Source: Gammaproteobacteria bacterium
GTDB lineage: Bacteria > Pseudomonadota > Gammaproteobacteria > Natronospirales > REEB76
Direction of reading: 5' to 3'
NCBI GenBank assembly: GCA_049698775.1
Contig: JBAVYM010000049.1
Coordinates: 41,958-105,957, forward strand
Length of the DNA: 64,000 nucleotides
Shown: positions 24,101-32,486 of the stretch, in pieces
Layout of the letters: each line of letters opens with the position of its first letter
How positions within the stretch are numbered: the first letter of the stretch is position 1
Program-made: the position numbers and the translations under genes
The notes under the pieces: generated by a model
Databases searched by the model: none
Told to the model about the DNA's origin: nothing
What the model saw: the letters and a program-made list of their open reading frames with translations, nothing else

Positions 24101-24163
24101 GCTTTCCTAAGCCATTGATTTAACAATTTATTTTTCATCTTTACCGCTCGTCGCCGATTCCTG

Positions 24164-24218
24164 GGCGCTGGTCGGTTAAGCATTAACATAAATGGAAACT
24201 GTGCCTATAGTTTAGTGC
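24164..24218 (+). promoter_or_regulatory. cassette-1 promoter block: conserved upstream box, -35 TTAACA, -10 TATAGT
   Basis: TTAACA 24183..24188, 17 nt, TATAGT 24206..24211, then 7 nt to ATG 24219. No SD present. 39 of 55 nt (hand count) are identical to 32387..32441. Confidence 0.5.
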
Positions 24219-24761
24219 ATGAAAAACCTGAGGGGCTGCAGGGGGTTCACTCTAATTGAGCTACTGGTATTGGTGGCGGTCATCGCTATTCTCGCCAGTA
24301 TTGCCATACCCAATTTCAGCGCCACCATCAAGGGCGACCGGGACATTTCGCAAATCAACACCCTGCTTTCGTCTCTGGATCTGGCCCGTAGCGAAGCCGT
24401 CAAAAGCGCCACCAACGTGAAAATTTGTGCCACATCGGATGACATCAACTGTACTGGCTCGTGGGCAGCCGGCTGGATGGTACTTTACGTCACACCACCC
24501 CCGAACGCTCATACGTTGATCCGCAGTTTTCCGGCACTGGCTGGCGGCAATACCCTGACAACCGCACCCGCCGGCACCACCAGTTTCACTTTCAGTTCCG
24601 GCGGCCTGGCCAACGCGGCTACTACATTCAAGCTCTGTGATACGCGCGGCTTCAAATACGCCCGATCCATTGACTTGAACGTCACTGGCCGGGCTGACGC
24701 CTCCAGTCAGCCTGGTTATTGGATTAATGGTACGCCGATGGCCGCCGGTGATTGTCCGTAA
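24219..24761 (+). CDS. fimU: GspH/FimT/FimU-family type IV minor pilin (cassette 1)
   Basis: 180 aa with class III signal MKNLRGCRG|FTLIELLV and a GspH-like body. Sits directly upstream of pilV. Confidence 0.8.
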   Translation: MKNLRGCRGFTLIELLVLVAVIAILASIAIPNFSATIKGDRDISQINTLLSSLDLARSEAVKSATNVKICATSDDINCTGSWAAGWMVLYVTPPPNAHTLIRSFPALAGGNTLTTAPAGTTSFTFSSGGLANAATTFKLCDTRGFKYARSIDLNVTGRADASSQPGYWINGTPMAAGDCP

Positions 24762-24820
24762 TAATTCAGCACGAGGGGTTAGTTAGTTAGAGGAATCAAG
24801 TTAGTTTTAAGGAGTGGGGC

Positions 24821-25357
24821 ATGAACAATAATCGAAACATCAGCGGTTCCCGCCGGCGCGCATCAAGCGCGGGCTTCAGCCTGCTTGAAGTCCTGATCGG
24901 ACTTGTGATCCTGTCGGTCGGCCTGCTGGGCATTGCCGCGCTGATGGGCACCACGGTCAAGAGCAACGACAGCGCCTACATGCGCACCCAGGCCACGGTG
25001 CTGGCCTACAGCATGATTGACCGCATGCACGCCAATCGGTTCACGGCCACGGGCGGCGCCAGCTCCTATGACGTGGCCATGCCCGCCACCGCCGCCACCA
25101 GCGATCCCACCACCTGCACCGGTCTCGGTGCCGGATGCAGTGGGGGCATGCTTGCAGCCTATGACGTAGGCCAATGGGAATATGACTTGGCCAAGCGCCT
25201 GCCCAACGGCATGGGTTCAATCACCACCACCACCGTGAACGGATTCACTCTGGTCACCATTACCGTGCAATGGAATGACAGCCGCGCACAAACCGGCTTG
25301 AACAGCGGTGCACCGGCAGCCGGTACTTTTACCCTGGCAGTGAGTTCATCGCTTTAG
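24821..25357 (+). CDS. pilV: type IV pilus minor pilin PilV (cassette 1)
   Basis: 178 aa with AG|FSLLEVLIGLVILSVGLLG and a PilV-typical MRTQA motif. Confidence 0.85.
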   Translation: MNNNRNISGSRRRASSAGFSLLEVLIGLVILSVGLLGIAALMGTTVKSNDSAYMRTQATVLAYSMIDRMHANRFTATGGASSYDVAMPATAATSDPTTCTGLGAGCSGGMLAAYDVGQWEYDLAKRLPNGMGSITTTTVNGFTLVTITVQWNDSRAQTGLNSGAPAAGTFTLAVSSSL

Positions 25358-25366
25358 GCCACTGTC

Positions 25367-26491
25367 ATGCAATTGCAACATCGCGCTTTTCGCAACGTTC
25401 AAACCGGCCTGTCGCTGATAGAACTGATGATCGCTGTACTGGTGGGAGTGGTGCTGATCGCCGGCGTGCTGTCCATCTTTATTTCCAGCCGCAAGAGTTA
25501 CGGCATAAACAGCGCGGTGGCCCGGCTGCAGGATAATGGCCGCTTTGCATTGAATTTCATCCAGCATGACACACGCCTGGCGGGCTTCATGGGCTGCGCC
25601 ACCAGCGCCACCACCACGAGCTATCTCAACCCCAACCCGACCGGGACCAATCTCGCCTACAGCTTCGGCACTGCGATCCAGGGCTATGAATACAACGGCA
25701 CAGCGCCAACTTTCACTTATACCATTGCAGCGGAAAATCCCAGTCCGGCGCCTGCGGCATCCGCCGGGAACTGGACACCCGCTCTGGACGGTGCGGTGGC
25801 TGGTTCTGTGATTCCCGGCACCGACGTGCTGGTGGTGCGTTACACCGAAAGTGGCACAAACCCGAGTTACGTTACCACCGCTCCCGCGCCACCTGTTGCG
25901 ACTTTCAATGTCAGCAACACGACCGGTTTAGCGGCCAGGGATCTCGTGATCATCAGCGATTGCACGAGTGCTTCCATTTTTCAGATAGATGCCCCGGTCG
26001 CGGGTGATGTTATCTCGCACGGTCTCGCTGCAGTTAATCCCGGCAATGCCGTTGCAAATCCTCCCAACGGGTTTCAGCTTAACAGTCAGATCTCGATACC
26101 CACCACCGCGGTATTTTATGTGGGCTTGGGAGCCGACGGTTCCCCGGCTTTGTTCCGGGCACTGACCAGCACCGCTACCGCCAGCGGTTTTACCTCCACT
26201 GAACTGGTGTCCGGTGTGGAGAACATGCAGATACTGTACGGCGTGGATACCACTCTCAGCCAGACGCCCAGCGAATATGACACCGCGGGCGTAGTGACGG
26301 CCGCCGGTACATGGCCCAACGTGGTGAGCGTACGTATTGCCTTGCTGCTGCGCAGCGACACGGGCGCGGTGACCCTGCCGGCAGCGGCCACGACTTCTAA
26401 CCTGCTGGGCACCACCATCACTGCACCGCTGGATACCCGCCTGCGGCAGGTGTTTGTCACCACCATCGGTCTGCGCAACAGCCTGCCATGA
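25367..26491 (+). CDS. pilW: type IV pilus minor pilin PilW (cassette 1)
   Basis: 374 aa with QTG|LSLIELMIAVLVG and LQDNGRFAL...GFMGC, typical of PilW. Confidence 0.85.
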   Translation: MQLQHRAFRNVQTGLSLIELMIAVLVGVVLIAGVLSIFISSRKSYGINSAVARLQDNGRFALNFIQHDTRLAGFMGCATSATTTSYLNPNPTGTNLAYSFGTAIQGYEYNGTAPTFTYTIAAENPSPAPAASAGNWTPALDGAVAGSVIPGTDVLVVRYTESGTNPSYVTTAPAPPVATFNVSNTTGLAARDLVIISDCTSASIFQIDAPVAGDVISHGLAAVNPGNAVANPPNGFQLNSQISIPTTAVFYVGLGADGSPALFRALTSTATASGFTSTELVSGVENMQILYGVDTTLSQTPSEYDTAGVVTAAGTWPNVVSVRIALLLRSDTGAVTLPAAATTSNLLGTTITAPLDTRLRQVFVTTIGLRNSLP

Positions 26492-27066
26492 ACGAGGACA
26501 TTCCCATGAACTCATCGCCGTTATCAACATTCATTCCTCGCCGCCGGCAACACGGATTTGTGCTGATCGTTGCCTTGGTGCTGCTGCTGGTGCTCACCCT
26601 GCTAGGACTGGCGGCGGCGCAAAGCACGTCGCTGCAGGAACGAATGGCCGGCAACGCGCGCAATCAGAACTTGGCCTTTCAGGCGGCGGAAGCCGGCTTG
26701 CGCGCTGGCGAAGGTTGCCTGGCGGCCGCCGCATGCACTAATTTCACCGCCAACACTGGCGGCACTTATGCATTCAATGCCAGCTCCATACCGGCGGTGC
26801 CGCTATGGAATCAGGCGGGATTCTGGACTACCCCTGCCAATGTCATGACGTACGCGGCGGCGACGGCCACCAGCGTGCCAGCGGTGGCCGCGCAACCGGA
26901 AATCATCATTGAACAAATGCCGCCGATGGCGGCGCCCGGCGGCAACATCGCTCAGCAGCAATACGGCGGCGGCGCGCCCACCATCCAGCTTTTCCGTGTC
27001 ACGGCCCTAGGCACCGGCGGCGACAGCAATTCACAGGTCATGCTGCAAAGCATGTGGGGTCCTTGA
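26488..27066 (+). CDS. pilX: type IV pilus minor pilin PilX (cassette 1)
   Basis: 192 aa with a PilX N-terminal domain pattern (HGFVLIVALVLLLVLTLLGLAAAQSTSLQERMAGN). Confidence 0.8.
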   Translation: MNEDIPMNSSPLSTFIPRRRQHGFVLIVALVLLLVLTLLGLAAAQSTSLQERMAGNARNQNLAFQAAEAGLRAGEGCLAAAACTNFTANTGGTYAFNASSIPAVPLWNQAGFWTTPANVMTYAAATATSVPAVAAQPEIIIEQMPPMAAPGGNIAQQQYGGGAPTIQLFRVTALGTGGDSNSQVMLQSMWGP

Positions 27067-27110
27067 TCGGATCCATCGCGGCACAAACGAGAAGTTTTAA
27101 GGACATTTCC

Positions 27111-30100
27111 ATGCGTACCCAAAACATTTTGAAATCCGGTTTGCTAATTGGCTTGGTCGCGGCCACTGCGGGCGGCTTGCTGGCGGGTCTCACCAGTCTG
27201 GCGCTGGCCGCCGCGCCGCCCATGGTCGCCATCGCCACCGTTCCGCTCACGGTGGTGACGCCGACCCATCCGCAAGTCATCATTGCGGTGGGCAACTCCA
27301 ATTCCATGGACAGCAGCGACAACATCACCGACGACGGCAATGTGCTGCTCACCAGCAACGCAGCGCAAAGCGCCATCATGACCTGGTCCGGCAATCCCCA
27401 AACCAGCAATCCCTCGCTGCAGGATGCCACCTCGCCGGTAAATTACGTGATTCCCGCCGGCTTTACGCCACCCCTCGGCACGGGTGCTGCGCCCGCCGGC
27501 CAAGCGCCTTACAACAACCTCATCGCCAATTATTCGGTCACTTCTCCGACCGGAAATGGTTGGGTTTGCATCCACAGTACACTCGTCCCTATAACATCAC
27601 TCGGACCCATTCAGACGCTGCCTTACCCCGGCAACCCGCCAACTGGCTGGCCAACCCCAGTTCTCGGCCTCTGGAGCACTGCTCTGACCGCGACTTGGTA
27701 TTACAACGGCGTCAACGTGGGCGGCAACAATGGTTACTACAGCATTAATCCGGGTCCAGTCACCCTGCGCTGGAATGACAACGGCGAGCGTCTGGCGTCC
27801 CGTTCAAAGCTGCAGGTCGCGGGAATTTCCGCACTGAGTCCCGCGGCCATGCTCCTGGGTCTGAGCAACATGAGTTACCTGGTAGGTAGCGGCAGTGGGG
27901 GCGGCGCCAGTCCTCGCGCCGTCGGCGGCACGCCGCCTCCGCCGCCTTGCACCAGTCATTGCCCCGGGCCACCGCCTCCCACCTATTGCCATGAGTGGCA
28001 ATGGATTCCGCCAGGCACTACCGTCACCCCTTATACGGACTACGGCGACAACGCGCCGAGCCGGCTCAACATCGCCAAGGAAGCCATCGGCCAGGTGTTA
28101 AATACATTCGGCGGAGAAACCGACTTCGGCCTCATGTCCTATCAGGTATCGGCAAGAGCCGGCTATTACACCTGGGCCTATTACATGAGCCAGCCGGGCG
28201 GCTTCACCTTCAGCAACGTCTATGCAGCGCCCAGCGCTGGTCAGCAGTACGTCATCAATCCTTGCTATAACGCCACATTCGCCGTCAACACAGACTGCCA
28301 TGCGCTGAGCAGTTCCGGGGGCGGACCGCTGCCTTTGACCCTTGCCCAGTTGAGAAGCTACAAATACATGGTGGTGGCTGCCCGCAGTGACGACCCATCC
28401 ATCAATGACGTGCTGCTAGTCAACAACGGCTACTTCAACGGCGCACCGGTGTTCATGGCCGGCGGCAGCATCACGCCACCGACACCGTTTCCTGCCAACT
28501 TCACCGTGGCGCAATACAACGCTGGCGGCGTGCAGCTCACATACAACAATTCCTGGCCCCAGATTGGTGCCACCGGACAAGTGCAAACCAGCCCTACCAA
28601 TGCCGGCTATGTGGCCTATACCCCCCAGGTGATATACGCCCAACGCGGCGTGCTGTGGGCTGGCAATGTCAGCGCCAGTTCCGGAAACGTGCGGGTACCG
28701 GTGAGTACCGCGGGCGTCAATCCGACGCCGGCCCAGATTGCCACTTATGTGGCCACCTTCACACCGTATCTGGAACCGGAAAACAATGTGCCGGCCGCCG
28801 ACGTGGTCAACTACCCAATCTATAATAATGCCATGTTCGCTGCTGCCGGCCAGTCGCCCATCGCCGGCATGCTGCAAACCGCCGCCGCCAGCTTTCCTGT
28901 GAGCGCCGCCCCGTGCCCGCCGCAGAAATATGTGATCCTGGTGACCGACGGTTTACCCACCATGGACCTGGCCGGAAATTCCTGGCCACCGCTGGGCAGT
29001 GCCTCGGCCGCGGGCTACAGCATCACCGCCTCGTTCAATCCGGACGGTTCGCTCAACACCACCAACAACCAGGCGCTGCAGGATGCGATCAGCCAGTTGA
29101 CGTCGCTGCAAACTGCTGGCGTGAAAACTTTCGTGGTGGGCATGGGACCGGGTGTGGACCCAAGCCTCAATCCGGCGGCTGCCCAAGCGCTCACCGCCAT
29201 GGCGGTCGCCGGCGGCACCGGCAATTATTTCGCCGCCACCAGCGCCAGCGCCGTGGTGACGGACCTGAATTCGATCCTCAACCTCATCACCAAGCTCAAC
29301 GTGTCCTCGGTGTCGGGCGCGGTGAATACCACCGGACTCAACGCCGGCACGGTGATTTACCAGGCTTCCTACACCGGTTACGACACGCCCTATTTTGACT
29401 GGACCGGCGACGTGCAGGCCTTCCCGGTGAACGCGGCGACGGGTGTAGTGAGCACCGTCGCCACCTGGTCGGCCAAGGCGCAACTGGATGCGCAAACCCT
29501 GGGCACCGGCTGGGATACCGGCCGGCTCATTGCCACCTGGAATCCGTCCACGAATACCGGCGTGCAGTTCCGCTGGGCCAACATCAGCGCGGTGCAACAG
29601 ACAGAACTTCAACCGTCGGATGCGCTCGGTTCCATCCGGCTCAATTACCTGCGCGGCGACAGTTCAAACGAAGTGCACAACGCCGGCCCGTTCCGCGACC
29701 GCTCGCACAAACTCGGCGACATCGTGGACAGCGGCACCTTGTATATCGGCGCCGCCAACGGACCATACACTGGCATGGCGGGATACCAGGCGTTCATGAC
29801 GACTACCGCCAGTCGCGAAACGATGATCTATGTGGGCGCCAATGACGGCATGCTGCACGCCTTCGATGCCGCCACCGGCAATGAGAAATTCGCCTTCATT
29901 CCCAATGGCGTGTTTCCGAACCTCATCAACCTCACGCAGACCACCTACAACAACGCGCACCTGTTCTATGTGGACGGTTCACCTTCGGCGGGCGATGTGA
30001 AATTCGCCAGCGACGGCAAATGGCACACAGTGCTCACCGGTGGCCTGAATGACGGCGGCCAGAGCATTTATGCCCTGGATATCACCAACCCATCCGCCAT

Positions 30101-31262
30101 CACTACGGAAGCAGGACTGGCGTCCACTGTGCTCTGGGAATACAGCGATCCCACCGGCAATCTGGGCCTGACCTACAGCCAGCCTGTGATTGGTCTGACG
30201 GCCGACACCGCCAGTGTCAATGCCAGCCCCAACGGTTTCCTGGAGTTCTTCGGTTCGGGCTACAACAACAACGACGGCAATGATTACCTGTACGCCGTGA
30301 ATCCTGAAACCGGCAAGCTGGTGGCCAAGATCAATCTGTGCGCCGCGGTCGTGGGCACCTGCAACGCCGCGCTGCCAAACGGGCTTTCCAGTCCGGTGGT
30401 GGTGAACAGCGCCGGCAACCTCGGCAGCCCGGTGGATACCCTGTATGCGGGCGACTTGCAGGGCAATATGTGGAAGGTGAATATCTCCAACGCCAGCCCG
30501 GCGGGCTGGGTGGTGTCGCTGCTGTTCCAAGCACAAGACAGCCTCGGCAATCCGCAGCCCATCACCGTGACACCGGTGGTATCGTTACACCCGGATCCGG
30601 CGGATGGCGGGACCATTGTGTACTTCGGCACCGGTCAATATCTGGGACCGCCGGATATCACCAATACCAACACCCAATCTTTCTACGCGGTCTGGGATAA
30701 ACCCGCGGCCCCCACCGCGACCCGCGCCCAGTTGCAGCAACAGGTGATCACCGACGTTGTCTCCGGCACTACCACCGCCGCTGGTGGTACGACCAGCGTC
30801 GAGACCCGGTCCATCACCAACAACAGCGTGAACTGGGCCACTCAGCGCGGTTGGTTCATGGATTTGCCGGACACCGGCGAGCGCGACATCACCAATCCGC
30901 GGCTTTTCAACGGCGAGGTGGTGTTCGCCACCTATGCGCCGACGCCGTCGGGCGCCTGCACGGTGGGCGGCAATTCGTTCCTGATGGCGGTCAACTACAC
31001 GAACGGCGGCAGCTTCCCGCAGCCGCAACTGGATATCAATGGCGATGGTTTGCTGAACAGCGGCGACCAGTTGGCCGGAGGATTGAACCCGGTGGGCATC
31101 GGCCTGGGTAACGTGTTTGCCTCGGCGCCAACCATTCTCTCCGCCAACTTGGGCGCTATCCATGCCGTCAAACTCACCACTCTGTCCACGGGTACCATCC
31201 AGAGCGTCGGCGAAGCTGGCGGTGCCGGCAACCGCAGACTTTCTTGGTGGCAGCTACAGTAA
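27111..31262 (+). CDS. pilY1: PilY1 tip-associated adhesin (VWA-like N-terminal region plus PilY1 C-terminal beta-propeller), cassette 1
   Basis: ORF 27054..31262; ATG 27111 follows AAGGAC. Signal peptide present, VILVTDGLPT VWA block, PilY1 C-terminal blocks (MIYVGANDGMLHAFD, LYAGDLQGNMWKV). EF-hand-like loop DINGDGLLNSGD at 31032..31067. Confidence 0.9.
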   Translation: MRTQNILKSGLLIGLVAATAGGLLAGLTSLALAAAPPMVAIATVPLTVVTPTHPQVIIAVGNSNSMDSSDNITDDGNVLLTSNAAQSAIMTWSGNPQTSNPSLQDATSPVNYVIPAGFTPPLGTGAAPAGQAPYNNLIANYSVTSPTGNGWVCIHSTLVPITSLGPIQTLPYPGNPPTGWPTPVLGLWSTALTATWYYNGVNVGGNNGYYSINPGPVTLRWNDNGERLASRSKLQVAGISALSPAAMLLGLSNMSYLVGSGSGGGASPRAVGGTPPPPPCTSHCPGPPPPTYCHEWQWIPPGTTVTPYTDYGDNAPSRLNIAKEAIGQVLNTFGGETDFGLMSYQVSARAGYYTWAYYMSQPGGFTFSNVYAAPSAGQQYVINPCYNATFAVNTDCHALSSSGGGPLPLTLAQLRSYKYMVVAARSDDPSINDVLLVNNGYFNGAPVFMAGGSITPPTPFPANFTVAQYNAGGVQLTYNNSWPQIGATGQVQTSPTNAGYVAYTPQVIYAQRGVLWAGNVSASSGNVRVPVSTAGVNPTPAQIATYVATFTPYLEPENNVPAADVVNYPIYNNAMFAAAGQSPIAGMLQTAAASFPVSAAPCPPQKYVILVTDGLPTMDLAGNSWPPLGSASAAGYSITASFNPDGSLNTTNNQALQDAISQLTSLQTAGVKTFVVGMGPGVDPSLNPAAAQALTAMAVAGGTGNYFAATSASAVVTDLNSILNLITKLNVSSVSGAVNTTGLNAGTVIYQASYTGYDTPYFDWTGDVQAFPVNAATGVVSTVATWSAKAQLDAQTLGTGWDTGRLIATWNPSTNTGVQFRWANISAVQQTELQPSDALGSIRLNYLRGDSSNEVHNAGPFRDRSHKLGDIVDSGTLYIGAANGPYTGMAGYQAFMTTTASRETMIYVGANDGMLHAFDAATGNEKFAFIPNGVFPNLINLTQTTYNNAHLFYVDGSPSAGDVKFASDGKWHTVLTGGLNDGGQSIYALDITNPSAITTEAGLASTVLWEYSDPTGNLGLTYSQPVIGLTADTASVNASPNGFLEFFGSGYNNNDGNDYLYAVNPETGKLVAKINLCAAVVGTCNAALPNGLSSPVVVNSAGNLGSPVDTLYAGDLQGNMWKVNISNASPAGWVVSLLFQAQDSLGNPQPITVTPVVSLHPDPADGGTIVYFGTGQYLGPPDITNTNTQSFYAVWDKPAAPTATRAQLQQQVITDVVSGTTTAAGGTTSVETRSITNNSVNWATQRGWFMDLPDTGERDITNPRLFNGEVVFATYAPTPSGACTVGGNSFLMAVNYTNGGSFPQPQLDINGDGLLNSGDQLAGGLNPVGIGLGNVFASAPTILSANLGAIHAVKLTTLSTGTIQSVGEAGGAGNRRLSWWQLQ

Positions 31263-31310
31263 ATATACTGGAGCATCTGACAAAATGGATGCCCTTGCCT
31301 CACGGTTTCC

Positions 31311-31355
31311 CTCCGACCCCCTCTCCCCTTGTGGGAGAGGGTTGGGGTGAGGGGA
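31311..31355. repeat. GGGAGAGGG-type hairpin element
   Basis: CCCTCTCCC (31319..31327), a 5-nt loop, then GGGAGAGGG (31333..31341), followed by TTGGGGTGAGGGG. Present only in cassette 1, between pilY1 and the small ORF. Confidence 0.55.
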
Positions 31356-31387
31356 AGTTACGGCTTTTGTTATTAAGGAGAATCATC

Positions 31388-31762
31388 ATGTTCAAACATC
31401 TTTTGTCCAAACTGCGGCTGCCGGGATTGGCAGCCCCTCTGCTGCTCGGGTTGTTTTTGGCGCAACCCGCTCAGGCCATGCTCGGCTCCACCCCATTGCA
31501 GATAGGTCGCGGCCTTATCCAGAACATTGACTACCTGCACCATGCCATCACCGTGAACGGCCAGACCTACGCGGTTTCGCCGCAGGCGAAGTTCAGTGGC
31601 ATCGCGGCTTTTTCGGTGCTGCACATCGGCATGCCGATCAGCTTTGCGTTGGACAACGCACCCGAGAAAACACCGGCCACTGATCCCTCGGTCCCCGTGC
31701 AAACCAGCAGCGATACACCACTCGAAATCGTGCAAATCACCTGGCTGCCGGGCGGCGTGTAG
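31388..31762 (+). CDS. small secreted protein at the pilY2 position (cassette 1), unknown function
   Basis: ATG 31388 is preceded by AAGGAGA. 124 aa with signal peptide ...AQPAQA. Conserved core IQNIDYLHHAITVNGQTYAVSPQAKFSGIAAFSVLHIGM is shared with 39098..39445. Confidence 0.7.
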   Translation: MFKHLLSKLRLPGLAAPLLLGLFLAQPAQAMLGSTPLQIGRGLIQNIDYLHHAITVNGQTYAVSPQAKFSGIAAFSVLHIGMPISFALDNAPEKTPATDPSVPVQTSSDTPLEIVQITWLPGGV

Positions 31763-31780
31763 ACCAGCAACGGGTGCGAC

Positions 31781-32209
31781 GTGTGCGACCAGCATTGGAA
31801 ACTGCGTGGTTTCTCGCTCATCGAGCTGATGATCGTGCTGGCGATCATCGGCGTGATTGCCGCCATCGCCTATCCGTCCTACGAACGCTCGGTGCTCAAG
31901 TCGCACCGCTCGGATGCCGAGAACCTGCTCAGCAACGACGCCCAGATCCTGGAACGCTGCTATACCCAGAACTTCTCTTACAGCGCAGCCTGTACCCCGA
32001 CCTTGGCCACGTCCACGCAATACCACTACTACACCCTGACCCGGCCACCCACTACGGTCGCGGCCACCACCTACGCCCTCACCGTCACCGCGATTGGTAA
32101 TCAGTTGAACGACACCGATTGCCACAGTTTCAGCATTGATAACACCGGCAAGAAGACCGCCCTGAATTCCGGCGATACCGACAATTCCACCGTCTGCTGG
32201 AACCAGTAA
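31781..32209 (+). CDS. pilE: type IV minor pilin PilE (cassette 1)
   Basis: 142 aa, GTG start, KLRG|FSLIELMIVLAIIGVIAAIAYPSY, C-terminal disulfide-loop cysteines. Confidence 0.85.
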   Translation: MCDQHWKLRGFSLIELMIVLAIIGVIAAIAYPSYERSVLKSHRSDAENLLSNDAQILERCYTQNFSYSAACTPTLATSTQYHYYTLTRPPTTVAATTYALTVTAIGNQLNDTDCHSFSIDNTGKKTALNSGDTDNSTVCWNQ

Positions 32210-32386
32210 TTCCAGCCGCCGCGGGCCGTGCAGCCCGCGTTCCATCCGGCCCAGCCAGCCCTTTTCATAATCCGCCTGACGCGGCCTGAATCCCTTCCAG
32301 GTTGGATTATTGCGTTTATAAGCGTATTTATAACTCATTGTTTAATAAAGATATTTATATTCATATCCATTTATCGTAAAATAAAT

Positions 32387-32441
32387 GGCGTTGGTCGGTT
32401 TTTCCTTAACATAAGCTAAATCCTCGCCTATAGTTCAGCCC
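32387..32441 (+). promoter_or_regulatory. cassette-2 promoter block (paralogue of 24164..24218)
   Basis: TTAACA 32406..32411, 17 nt, TATAGT 32429..32434, then 7 nt to ATG 32442. Confidence 0.5.
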
Positions 32442-32486
32442 ATGAACGCGCAACACCGCGCCACTTATAAACATGGGAATGGAAGC

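Noticed and set aside
31781-32209. Whether the three pilE-like genes are major pilin (pilA) variants used for antigenic variation
   Set aside because: Their position directly after pilY1 and the pilY2-position ORF, their length of about 130 mature residues, and the canonical operon order all fit the minor pilin PilE. No pilB/C/D genes or silent partial cassettes are nearby. This cannot be fully excluded without knowing the genome's pilA.
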